DNA from: the human T2T-CHM13v2.0 reference genome, Homo sapiens
Direction: 5' to 3' (one strand)
Length of the DNA stretch: 64,000 bases
Assembly: GCF_009914755.1 (NCBI RefSeq)
Contig: NC_060944.1
The notes beneath the pieces were generated by a model, which was not told where the DNA came from, did no database searches, and worked only from the letters and a program-made list of their open reading frames with translations. A program made the translations under genes and the position numbers. Position 1 is the first letter of the stretch. Each line of letters opens with the position of its first letter. Shown here piece by piece: positions 38,160 to 49,762 of this stretch.

Positions 38160-38731
38160 GTTGTCTACCCTGCAGAATAAGTTTCTCCAATGTTGGTGAC
38201 TTAAAACAGCCATTTTTTCTCTCTTAGTTTCTGTGGGTCATAGGTTCAAGTGTGGCTCGTCCGGGCCCTCTGTTCAGGGTCCTATCAGGCAGAAATCAAG
38301 ACATGGGCGGGGCTGTCTCATCCAAAGCTTAGGGTCCAATTCTAAGGACAGGTAGTTGTCGGCAGAATCATTTCCTTGCAGCTGTGAAAGCCATGGTGGT
38401 TTGTATCTTCAAGTACAGCAGGAGGAAAAGTCTCTGATGTTGTGAAGCTCTTTGATTTTGTCCATCTCTGACCTTTAGAGTTTCTTTTTCTAAAAGACTC
38501 CTTTGATTAGATCAGGCCCTTCCAGGATAAGCTGAACTCAAAGTCACGTGATTAGGGATCTTAATTTCATCATTTGAAAAATTCCACCTTTGCCATGTGA
38601 CATAGCCTAATCACAGGAGTGACATCTCATCATAGTAATAGGTCCCATGCTCGCTCAGATGGAGGGGGTCACACAGGGCATGTTCACCAGGGGTACGAAC
38701 CTTGGGGGCCATCTTAGAATTCTGCCATGAC
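38160..38731 (-). mobile_element. MaLR solo LTR, MLT1E-like
   Basis: GTTGTCGGCAGAATCATTTCCTTGCAGCTGT...GATTAGATCAGGCCC...TTGGGGGCCATCTTAGAATTCTGCC. Confidence 0.8.
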
Positions 38732-40680
38732 AGCTACCAAATCTAAATCAGCTTCTAAGGCTGCTGCTAAGAGCATAAGTATTTATTTCTCCAAAGAAAG
38801 CACAGTGCAGCTATTACCTAAGGACAAGGAGCACAGTAATTCATGCGTGGAGCATTAGAAATGGGGCCTCTACCGGTGGGGGGGGTCTGTTTTCTCCATC
38901 TAAAAGTCCCCTGTTGGAATGGGCTGCAAGTACACTTGGGAAGGGAGGACAGCTCTCCAGCAACAAGAGGAGAATTCATTAAGTCACATTCTCTCCAGGT
39001 GCCTTGGCTCCTAGAATTCCCTTTGTATTTTTTTTCCTTTTAAACACAGAATGTATGTTAGAATCCCTTAACAGTTTTCAGATGTCCTGGTGAGAGTTTA
39101 AAAGGAGGCTTTACTGGGATTCTATTTTCCTTCTTTGTGCTATTAAGCAAAGAAAGCCATTTAAGGGTATCCTGGCAGTTTCGTGTAGCTATCAGACAGT
39201 GAAATGAAGAGATCACTTACAACCTGACGTTGATGAGAACTTGGAAGGAGTCTTTGGTGCCCAGACGTGTCTCCTTACTAACAGGAGAAGATAGCATTTA
39301 CATTAAAACCTGTGGCAACCAATAACTGAATGTAAGAATATCCTCAATTAAAGTGTTTTTCCCCCTACATCCCACAAGTGGGGGAATTCTGGTAACTGGG
39401 CATTGCAGATGCAGTCTCAACAAGTGTCTCCAAATTCATGGCAGGAGGTTGTTCTCCCAACAGAGTCTCATATAACCCATCACATCAACATAATAGAAAC
39501 CCGAAAGTGGGGACTATGCCTGCTGCTTCCCTATACCCCTCAGAAAACAGCCCAGAAGAGGAAGAGATGCACTATTGTGTTTTTCTGTGTGTTTTTATTA
39601 AGTAGCGCAGGGCATCCATCTTTATCTTAGAGAAAGTAGGACATTTATCTATGCACAAAGAAAATGAAAAATCACTTGCAATCCTACAGTGTAGAAATAA
39701 CCAAACACTTAGGATCTCTTCCTTCAAAATCTTTTCTTACATGTATATGTGGAGAAAGCAAGAGAGAGAACATTTTAAAATTAAGGAGATGATAACATGT
39801 TCGTTGTTTTCTAATCAGTTTTTTTTTATTAGACAAGGTTCTTTTCAAAATAAAGGCCATGTCTTACATGTTGCTGTGTTTCCAGAGCAAAGCACGGCAC
39901 TGGCATGTAGTGAGTCCTGAGTGATATCTGTAGAGCAAACCTGTCCCTGTAAACAAACATGGAACCACAGTCTCACGTCAGCAATTGCACATTGGATGAT
40001 ATTATAATTCGGTAGTTCCCAAAGGGTGATATTTTACCACTAAGAATCTTAGGTGGCACATGGATAAAAATGCCTTTATAATTTGCACTTGAAAAATTAT
40101 GTAAGCAGCCTATCAGCCCCATGATTGCACATTTTTTTAAATTCAGCCTAAGCACTATTTAAGTTAAAAAAAATTTGAGTGAATAATAATTCAGGAGGTT
40201 CTCAGATTTGACAAAAATGATAAAGATGGTACCTCAAGTGATCAAAGTATAGAATACTGAGACATGACTTATTCAGCAATTTCCCTCTTAACACACTTAT
40301 TGACAATGTCCTTATTTTTTCCTGTTATAAAAATGCTGTAACATATTTCTACCTGTATTTTTATATACTTAATTGATGATTCCCAAACAGAAAACTCCCT
40401 AGAAATGAAAATGTTACATCAAGTGGTTTGAATGCTTTAGGGCTGTTGACAAATAATGTCAAGTATTGTCCACTACACTGCCTTCAGCCACGCATGAGAG
40501 AAAGCAAGCGGCTTAGCATTTTTGGAAGCTTTCCACGAGAGTGGAAAGGCATGAGGATTTTGCACAAGGGGAAATGTGCAGCTCACTGGAATCATGCCTG
40601 CACCTGCTCAGGGCTCCTCTCCCGTTGGTCCTCATGTTCCCCTAGGTCTTGGTTCCTCTGATTCACTCACTCTTCTGCGA

Positions 40681-40683
40681 CTT

Positions 40684-40714
<31 letters not shown>
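40681..40714. repeat. (CT)n microsatellite
   Basis: Interrupted CT dinucleotide run. Confidence 0.85.
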
Positions 40715-41749
40715 AATCTCTCCTCCTGGCCTTTCTACCCCCAAGATAGAGCTGTGTGTACATTTTCAGTTTAGATAATAATGCAATGTGTGATATTTTG
40801 ATATTTATCATTCAAAATTAAAGAAAGCTGATATTTATATTACTAATGAGGCATTTCCACGGATTTGCCTTTCAGTTTGGAGAATCCCTTTAGGACCTAG
40901 GTGGCTGCCTGTGGCTGGAACCAGAGGTCTCTCCAGAAGACTCCAGGGCTTTCCCTAGGCAACTGGCATTTAGGCCTCCAACTGCTTTGCTTTCAGTGGA
41001 GACAGCACCGCCCCCACTCTTTGCCTGGGCCTCTGTTGACCCACTCTTTGCCTGGCCCTGCCCACCTCGACTGCAGGCTTCTGGCCATGGGTCAGAACTA
41101 CCAGCTCTGCCAAGGAATTCTCCTAGAGGATGGAGCCACCCAGTCACCTGAAGTCATTTCCTAGAGCCCTGAATGAGGACACCTGTCTCCAACATTGAGT
41201 CTGGGGACCGTTCCTGGAATTAGGATTGAAACAAAACTGGAAGTGATGGGAAGACGGCATCCATGTCAGATATTTGCCAATCATACCCACAAACCATATA
41301 TTTAATTAACTCTAATTGATAAAGTTCCCCTTATCACTTATAAAATTTGCTTCAGAAGCACAATGCATATATTTAGTGTGAATGCAAAACCATTACCATT
41401 CACAGTAAGAAGGTTACCATATAATTTAAAACAGTGAAGACAAAGAAATGTTCCTTGAAAAGTCTTGCTTTATACTAGCGCCTGCCGAGGACCTGAGCCT
41501 GCAGCCCTTCTCTCTTTCTTTAGGAAGATTAGTAGGCAAGAGGGTTGCTGAAGACAGGATAACAACAGGGGTGAGGCTTTCTCCTCAACTCTTCAGGAGA
41601 CTTGAAAAAGAAGCAAAGAGATGACCCCTCTCCTTCAACGAGATGGTGCTAGCCAGTCCCCAGTCCCAACATCAACAAAAACACCACTCCATACTTCGTG
41701 AAACTCTGAAATTATGATGGCTTTTTGGCTTCAATGAAAAACGAACACA

Positions 41750-42512
41750 CAAACAAATAGCAAACCAAAACAGTGCAAGATGGTTCAGCATTCGAAAATG
41801 GATCAGTGTAATACATCACATTAACAGAATGAAGGGAAAAAGGCAACCTGATCACTGCAATGGGTACAGAGAAGGATTTGACAAACTTCAATGCTATTTC
41901 ATGATGCAAGCACTCAGTAAACTAGGAATAGGAGGAAACTACCTCAACATAATAAAGCCTTATGTGGAAAGCCCACAGCGAATATCGTGCTCAATGGTGA
42001 AAGACTGGAAGCTTTTCCTCTTAGACCAGGAACTCCTACCGCTTGACTGAAGCTGTGGGAGTGGCATACTTGCCTTGTTCCTGGTCTTAGAGGAAAAGCT
42101 TCCAGTCTTTCACCATTGAGTATGATGTTTGCTAGAACCTGCAAGCTCTAGCCAAGGTAATGATCCAATAAAAATAAATGAAAGACATCCAAACTGGAAA
42201 GGGAGAAGTAATTATCTCTGTTCACAGATGATATAATCTTATATGTAGAAAACTCTAAATATTCCACACAAAAATACCTGTTAGCACTAACAAATGAATT
42301 TAATAAAGTATTATAATACAAAGTCAACACACAAAAATCAGTTGCAATTCTATACACTCACAACGAACAATCTGAAAGGAAATTACAAAAACAATTCTAT
42401 TTACAATAGCAGCCAAAATAATAAAATGCTTTATTTTATTATTAAAGTGTAAGGAATTAAACAAAGAGGTGAAAGACTTGTACAATAAAATCTATACAAC
42501 ATTGCTGAAAGG
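41750..42512 (+). mobile_element. L1 ORF2 (RT region) remnant containing an internal fold-back
   Basis: Translation [28 protein letters not shown] resembles the L1 ORF2p AFDKIQHPFM...KLGI.G..LNIIK motif; downstream TTATCTCTGTTCACAGATGATATAATC encodes an LF.DD motif. Confidence 0.88.
41977..42133. repeat. Inverted repeat/hairpin with 57-bp arms (41977-42033 and 42077-42133)
   Basis: CTCAATGGTGAAAGACTGGAAGCTTTTCCTCTTAGACCAGGAAC versus GTTCCTGGTCTTAGAGGAAAAGCTTCCAGTCTTTCACCATTGAG; 5 mismatches in 57 bp. Confidence 0.97.
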
Positions 42513-43350
42513 ATTTTTTAAATTGTGATAAAATATATAAAATACGATCTTGGCTCACTGCAACCTCTGCCTCCTGGGTTCAAACAATTCTCCTGCCTCA
42601 GTCTCCCAATTAGCCGGCATTATAGTCATGCTCCACCACACCCAGCTAGCTTTTTTTTTGTATTTTTAGTAGAGACAGTGTTTCACCATGTTGGCCAGGC
42701 TGGTCTCAAACTCCTGACCTCAGGTGATACACCTGCCTTGGCCTCCCAAACTGCTGGGATTACAGGCGTGAAACACTGCACCCAGCCTAAAATACATATA
42801 ATATGAAATTTACCAGCTTAGTCATTTTTAATTGTGTAGGTCACGAGTGTTAAGTATGTTCATCTTGTTGCCCAGCTAATTTCCAGAATTATTTTGTCTT
42901 CCAAAAACTGAAACTCTGCATCCATTTCCCCTCACACCAGCCCCTCATGACCACCATTCTACTTTCTTTCTCTATGAAATTAGCCACTCTAGATACCTCA
43001 TGTAGGTTGTGTCACACAGTATTTATCTTTTCATGACTGGCTTATTGCACTTGGTGTAATGTCCTCAAGGTTCATCCCTGTTGTAGCACGTGTCAATTTC
43101 CTTCCTTTTCAAGGCAGAGTAATACTCCATTGTGTGGAATGTCACATGTATGGGTTTTGTCCACCTTTTGATGATTGTGAATAATATTGCTCTGCACATG
43201 GGATGCAATTATCTTTTCATGTCCCTGCTTCCAATTCCTTTGAATGTAGATCCAAAAGTAGAATTGCCAGATAATGTGGTAATTCTATTTTTAATTTTCT
43301 GAGGAATTTTCCAGGCTGTTTTTCATAGTGGCTGCACCATTTCACACCCA
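42513..43350 (-). mobile_element. L1MB-type 3' end interrupted by an Alu
   Basis: TTTTTTAAATTGTGATAAAATA...GAAATTTACCAGCTTAGTCATTTTTAA...ACTCTAGATACCTCATGTAGG...ATGTCCTCAAGGTTCATCC. Confidence 0.85.
42546..42787 (-). mobile_element. AluS lacking its 3' ~40 bp and poly(A) tail
   Basis: Alu from GATCTTGGCTCACTGCAACC to CACCCAGCC, flanked by TAAAATAC at 42538-42545 and 42788-42795. Confidence 0.9.
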
Positions 43351-43997
43351 GGGTTCTGGTTTTTTTAACTGAACTGGACTGAGAGTGTGAACCTGAGTGT
43401 GAACTGAACTGGACTGAGAAGTGACATGAGGGAATTTCTATTATTTGAGAGCATCAGAAGAAAGTATTGGTCTTTTGTCCTAGGTCTACCCATCAGGTTT
43501 AAAGGGACCGTGAAATAAAAGAAACCACTGCTTCTGCTCACACGCTACGGACTCCCACTCCTTCACTGAACCAGCTATGCAAGCAAGCTAGCAAGCCCAG
43601 CTCCAGGCCAGCACTCGGCCCACACTCCCACCTTCCCTCACACACAAGCAGCCTCCATGCTCTGTGAACACACCTGGTCCTTCCTTGCCTTCTGGTCTCT
43701 GCTCCCACCACCACCTTCATTTGAGGACATAGAACTCCCCATTCAGGGAATAGCCCTGCCCAGACTCCGAGTGGCCTGTGCGGTCTCTCATCTCAGAGCT
43801 TAATCTCTGGGGACTGGGCTTTGCTATTTTAATCCCAGCTCCTGAGTCTGACCTGCATTTAAACCTCGGTTTTCTCATCTGTAGAATAAAAATACATATG
43901 GTATTAATGCCTTATAGGTGCCATTCACATTGCTGTGAACAATAAGCAGGGTAATGAATATCAAATGCTAGTGAATGCTAAGTGTTTAATACATTAT

Positions 43998-44132
43998 CCT
44001 CTCCTCTCCCTTCCCTTTTCCTGCTCCTCCTCCTCCTTCTTTTTCTTTAATCTCCCCTTGCTCCTCCTCCTTCTTCTTTTTCCTCCTCCTCCTCTTTCTT
44101 CTTCTTCTTCTCCCACCCCTTCCCCTTCTCCT
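43998..44132. repeat. CT-rich low-complexity tract
   Basis: (CCT)/(CTT) degenerate run following a MIR fragment (~43860-43990). Confidence 0.85.
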
Positions 44133-44175
44133 TTTATTATACAAACATATGTGGGGCACATTCCAGACTGGTAGT

Positions 44176-44574
44176 TGATAACAGTTTGGCTCTGTGTCTT
44201 CACCCAAGTCTCATGTTGAATTGTAATTCCTGGTGTTGGAGGTGGGGCCTGGTGGGAGGTGATTGGATCATGGGGATGATTTCTTATGCTTCAGCACAAT
44301 CCTCCTGGTGCTGTCTCATGATAGAGTTCTCATGAGATCTGGTTGTTTAAAAGTGTGTAGCACTTTCTTCCTAGCTCTGTCTCTCTCTCCTGCCGCCAAG
44401 TGAAGACATGCTTGCTTCCCCTTTGCCTTCTTCCATGTTTGTAAGTTTCCTGAGGTCTCCCCAGTCATGCTTCCTGTACAACCTGCTGAACTGTGAGTCA
44501 GTTAAACCTGTTTTCTTCATAAATTACCTAGTCTCATGTAGTTCTTTATAGCAGGTGAGAACAGACTATTAACA
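44176..44574 (+). mobile_element. MaLR solo LTR, MSTA-like
   Basis: GTTTGGCTCTGTGTC...TGTTGGAGGTGGGGCCTGGTGGGAGGTGATTGGATCATGGGG...CATGCTTCCTGTACAACCTGC...GAGAACAGACT. Confidence 0.9.
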
Positions 44575-44699
44575 GTGTTCTCTTCTTTATTTTACTGACC
44601 ATTTTCTTTTTCATTACAGCCAGGCCCAGGGAGCAGGGAGCCGGAGGGGGGCGCATAGGGAAATGTCACCATCGTGCCCATCCTGTAGGTCAAGCCAGC

Positions 44700-45600
44700 C
44701 CAGCCCTTGACCTGATCAGCTTGAGTTCTTCAGTGGCTCTTCTGTGTCCGCATGCTTGTCAGGCCTTTCCAGACCCTGTCACTGTGTGGAATCCTCTGGT
44801 CTCCACCTCACCTCTGCACCTCAAGCCTGGAGACAGCCTCTTCACTAATCACTCAGTGCAAATGGCACCTTCTCAAGACACGCCCTCATGTCACCCTCTC
44901 TCAGAGCACCAGGAACTTCTGCCTGGTAGGCTGTGCTATCTTTGTGGTGATTGCATTTGTGGTTGCTTTCTCAGTGACTGCACTCACCTTCCTGTCTGTA
45001 ACCTCCATGAGGGCAGGATCCTGATGGGTTTTCTCACCATTGTATCCCTAGTGTAGACTCTCCATAAATACTGTTAAACAAATGAAGCTCTAATGGCTTC
45101 ATCAAGCCCCATAGTAACAGCAAAACAGGAGCTCAGGCTCAGATCTGTGGAAGGCCAGATCTGCTTGCTAGCTGAATCAAGGCATCTTGCTCTGCTATTT
45201 CATGTGGTTGAAATCTCAGACTCAGCAAATGCACAATTAACTAGATCATGGACTTTGAAGCTACTCACCCACAGAAAATCCATGATCCCTCCTCTGACAC
45301 ATTTGCATTTTCTGTTCCTTCTGGCTGAAATGTTCTTCCTTCTCTCCTCATCTCCACACAACTCCTCAAAATTTGAAGTCTTCCTTGGATTATCCCACTA
45401 GCTCCAATCCCCAGGTGATTGCCTCTCATAGGGCCACAGCTCCTGCTCTTGCAACATCTGCAGTTGGATTTTACATGTTGGTCACATGGTTACTTGGGGA
45501 CTGTCTTCACCCCTTGACAATAACCTGCTTCAGGCCCTAGCATGGTAGCAGGCTGAGAGCAGGCTCTCAGTGTAGACAAGCTAAATAAATGGGTATATGA
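44700..45600 (+). mobile_element. L2 fragments
   Basis: CTGTAACCTCCATGAGGGCAGG...CATTGTATCCCTAGTG...ATAAATACTGTT; second fragment CCTAGCATGGTAGCAGGC...CAGGCTCTCAGT. Confidence 0.55.
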
Positions 45601-48230
45601 ATCAAGTAAACTCCATCAATTCAGGCACACAGAAAATGTGTTTAGACCTGGTGGCTGAGGGAAGACCAAATATCTGTGATCATTTTGGTTTTACTTTCTA
45701 GAGCAAAACATAAGGCCAAGAGAGGAAAATAACCAGATTCAAGGAAATTGATGGATACTCATAAATTAATTGCCAGTTTCAGCCACTCTCAGCATCATGT
45801 GATGCCATAGGCTGCCCCATCAGATTTCTCGGTAGGAATACAAACCTTCCCAGTGTTCACAAGATCCTCCAACACCACGCCTGAGTGGCCACCATTTTCC
45901 TAGATCTTGTTTTATGATTCGTTTCAACTGCCAGCAGAGTGTTGCTGCTACCAGTGCAGGAGAATCAACACACAGAGCTTAGAGAAAGAGACATTTGAAT
46001 ATTTCTGTCCATGTGTCTCTGCTCAAACAAGAGGAAGATAAACTTATTATTAATCCACCGCAGGGTGTGCCATAAAGAACCAATGCGTCCAGGTTACACC
46101 TGCAGGGCATGATTAATAAAATCAAATTCCAGCTCGTTCATATCATTTGTCCTTAAAGTTTGCTGGGAAGAAGAATCATGGTCCCCAATGATCAAATTAT
46201 CTGATCTATGCTCTGCAGCTGTATTGAAATGCTCTCTTCTTCTCTCCATCAAACCACTGTGCTCTACAGTGTGCTGCAAGGGAGAAAGGATGCTCAGAAA
46301 AACAAAGAGAGCCCCTGCAGCCAGGAAAAACCTGAAGATTTTTGTAACAAGAAAATATACATTTATTTTAAACATACACATGTGCCTGTGGTTTCAATGT
46401 ATAAAATGTTTATTTGGCAGGTAAAGCCATTACTACATGGGAGGTAATATGGAAATGAAGAACAAAAACAAAAACAGTGGAGTAATTTTCATTTTCCTTT
46501 TGTCCTCAGGAATATAAAATTATTTCTTCATCAAGAGAAAAATAATTAAACACAGCCTCAGGAGACCTGAATCTAAGCCTGGTTCTATCTCTAAATAGCT
46601 GTTTGGCTTTAAGCAAGCTGCTTAATTGTTTCAATTTTTTGTTAAGTAAGTACAGAACAACTCATTATTTTTCATATATGAACCAAAATAGGCTTGTTAT
46701 AATCTGACTTAGAGTGAAAATGCATTTACTGATTCACATGAAAAAACTTGTTTTATTACATTCTCAGGGTAACTACTTTAGCCATTAAAAATATTAATAA
46801 GAAAATCAGTACTTCTCTCATGATCCTAAAATGTTAATATCTCATTGACATTACATAACAGCTCAGCAGATGCTACTACTTAATCCTGAAAATTGACTGG
46901 AGCCTCAGTGTATACCATGTCCTGAGCACTGACCTTGATGATGCTAAGAACGCCTCCCATTTTAATTCTGTGTGCCTTTATTGTATGCTGTGTAGGTCTG
47001 TTTGGGAAATGTGACTGCCTGGTCTACTGTTAAATTTTAGAAACAGACTCTGGCTGTCAATAATGATTGATCATTTCAGTTTAACTACATTTAAATCCAG
47101 AACCTGATTATGGATGCTAATGGGTCTTAAATTGAAAATAGAGAAGTCAACACACTATTAACACGTGCTCTTTGACACACACACACACTCACACACTCCA
47201 GAGGGCAGATCAAGAATTCAACCCCCCTCCAATTTTCTGAGAGAAACCCCTGCCTTATTCCTGTATGAGCCTGAGACTTTTCATTTATTCATGATCAAAT
47301 ATCAGGTAAGGGAGCCCCTCTCCCAAATGATTGCTCCTTTTCAAGAGTTGCAAGAAATCCGATGCACACCACTGTGTGTTTCCATTCCATGGCAGTGAGC
47401 TAAAATAAAAGCAGGAGGAGGGGGAGGCGTGATCTTGCTGGAATATTTAAGTTGTTAGAGATAACCTCAAGATGCTTGAAAGCCCTGGGACGTGACCCAC
47501 CCTCCCCCAGAACAGAAAAGCAATAAGGCCCATGTGCAGAGAGCTGCCTGCTCAGATAGGAGCCACGAAGGCACCATGTTGCCCACTTCCACTGACGGCA
47601 GCACAGCCCTTCCCTCCTGCCTCCTGCCTCCCTCCTGTCTGAAGCCTTAACATTGAAAATTCTGTTTAGTGTTTGAGTCTAGAAGAACAGAGGAAATCTG
47701 TGGTATCTCCCTGGCTTTCCTCGTGTTGTTTGCAATCTTACAAGATACAAAATAGTGCAGGCAAAATCCCCATAAGTGTAATTTCCACTTGTGAGAGGAA
47801 CAACAAAGCAAAACAAACAAACTACAAAATCTTATTTAAGCCTATGTCTTTTTTTAATACATTTACACAAAAACATTTACCCTGCTCCCTATCTTTTTGT
47901 TTATCCAAAAGGAAGCCATTTTTCTCTTCCAGTATCCCCATAGAATATCATATTTACTTTTTTACAGCAAAATTGTAAAAGTTTTCCATGTGTTTTAAGG
48001 AATTGTTACTCCCCAAGGGGAGGCCTGTGGTATAAGCAGGTGGTCACCCTGGGTCACTGAGGACATTTTTCTTATTTGCAGATGTGGATCTAGTTCAGGA
48101 AATGTGTGACTGAGAAAGGGGGGATCCTTGCTGCACGTGATGACCCACACTGTCCCTTGTTTGGAACTTGAGCTGTGTCATCTGGGTTCAAATGCTCAGG
48201 GAGGTATGCAGGCATCTTCAGTTCACTCAG

Positions 48231-48596
48231 TGATACACATTGGCTGTGTCCCCACCCCTATCTCATCTGGAATTGTAGCTTCCACAAATCCCACGTGTCC
48301 TGGGAGGGACCGGGGGGAGATAATCGAATCATAGGGGCAGGTCTTTCCCATGCTGTTCTCATGACAGTGAATAAGTGTCATGAGGTCTGATAGTTTTATA
48401 AAGTGGAGCTCCCCTGCACAAGCTCTCTCTTGCCTGCTGCCATGTAAGACGTGACTTTTTTCTTCCTTTGCCTTCCACCATGATTGTGAGGCCTCCCCAG
48501 CCACATGGAACTGTGAGTCCATTAAACCCCTTTTTCTTTATAAATTACCCAGTTGTGGCTGTGTCTTTATTGGCAGTGTGAGAACAGACTAATACA
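48231..48596 (+). mobile_element. MaLR solo LTR, THE1B/C-like
   Basis: TGATAC...TTGGCTGTGTCCCCACC...GGGGCAGGTCTTTCCCATGCTGTTCTC...GGAACTGTGAGTCCATTAAACC...GAACAGACTAATACA. Confidence 0.92.
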
Positions 48597-48894
48597 TCCA
48601 GACACTGTCTCCTGCACAAACTGTGACTTTCGTTCCCGCTCCTGTACCCACAGCTTGTCCTGTTCACTTGGCATTTCTTCCATAAGCATCTGTTGACTGT
48701 CTTCTCTGTGCTGGAAGTGGAGCTATGCCCTGGACATACATTCAATAGATGCTTATAGAATAAATGCCAAGTGAACAGCAAGGGTTGGGATAAAACATGG
48801 GACTTACTCTCCAGAGACTACAGATGGGTAATGAAGCCAGATGAGTAAACAGGAATTGAAACACAGAGGCTTGTGGTTGCTGTGGTTGCAGCAA

Positions 48895-49150
48895 TGATGA
48901 TAACCATCGTAAGAGCAGCCACCACGCACTGAGCAAAGCCCCCGTGCCAGGCCTGTTTTGAAGAACTGCACCTGTGTTCACTCACCGGGATCCAGAGAGA
49001 CCTGAGGAGGCAAAACTGGGTCTGCCCATTGTAAGGATGGGGAAGCTGAGGGATGCGGGTTTAGGAGGCTTTCCCAAATTTGCCCCAAGAACCAGGTGGT
49101 ACAACCAAATCTTGAAGCTTGATCTGCTTAATTTTAGAGCCCAGATACTC
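48895..49150 (-). mobile_element. MIR SINE
   Basis: CACTGAGCAAAGCCCCCGTGCCAGGC...CCCATTGTAAGGATGGGGAAGCTGAGG...TTTGCCCCAAG. Confidence 0.65.
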
Positions 49151-49537
49151 ACCCCTGGGCTGTCCTGCCCTGGATACCGTGCTGCAGTAGATGGGGCATG
49201 AGAAAGGAGGAATTTTAACCCTTCCAATTTCTGATTTCATCTCTATTAGTCATATTGCCCTGTTTGTTATTTTTTTTTTAAATAAAAAAGATCATTATGG
49301 AAAGCCTACCATGAGACAGGCTGTTCCGGGTACACAGATGCAAAAGTGCACAGGCTTAAATAAAGGTGTGACAGCTGCGAAGGGAAGAAAACCCCTGTGG
49401 TGCCCACAAACACTAAATTTACTAAATAAAAGTGGGAGAGACACAGTCAATCATTTCACTATGTTTTATATTTTTACCTGGATAAATTAACTATTTACAG
49501 TGTCATGTAGACAAAACATAATTCTGTGATCTTAGAC

Positions 49538-49762
49538 CAGTGGTTCTCAACTGAGGGCAACTTTGTCCCCAGGAGACATTTGTCAATGACTGCAGACATT
49601 TAGACGTTTTTGGTTGCAACGACAGGGCATGCAGGGAGGTGGGGAGGTAACCAGGAGATGGACACGAGCCATGCTGCTAAACATCCTACAATGCCAGGAA
49701 CAGTCGCCACACAACAAAGAATGATCCAGCCCAAATGCAATGGCGCTGAGGTTGAGAAACTG
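49538..49762 (+). mobile_element. MER20 (hAT-Charlie MITE)
   Basis: CAGTGGTTCTCAAC...GGAGACATTTGTCAATG...ATGCTGCTAAACATCCTACAATGC...GAGGTTGAGAAACTG. Confidence 0.9.

Noticed and set aside
41750-43350. Twin-primed 5'-inverted single L1
   Set aside because: The forward ORF2 piece abuts the 3' end of the reverse L1 rather than its 5' side; two independent insertions fit better
43367-43419. 18-bp direct repeat AACTGAACTGGACTGAGA (also a 16-bp repeat at ~41012-41055 and an 8-bp stem at ~13082-13104)
   Set aside because: Small local duplications or hairpins expected from slippage or chance; nothing else supports function
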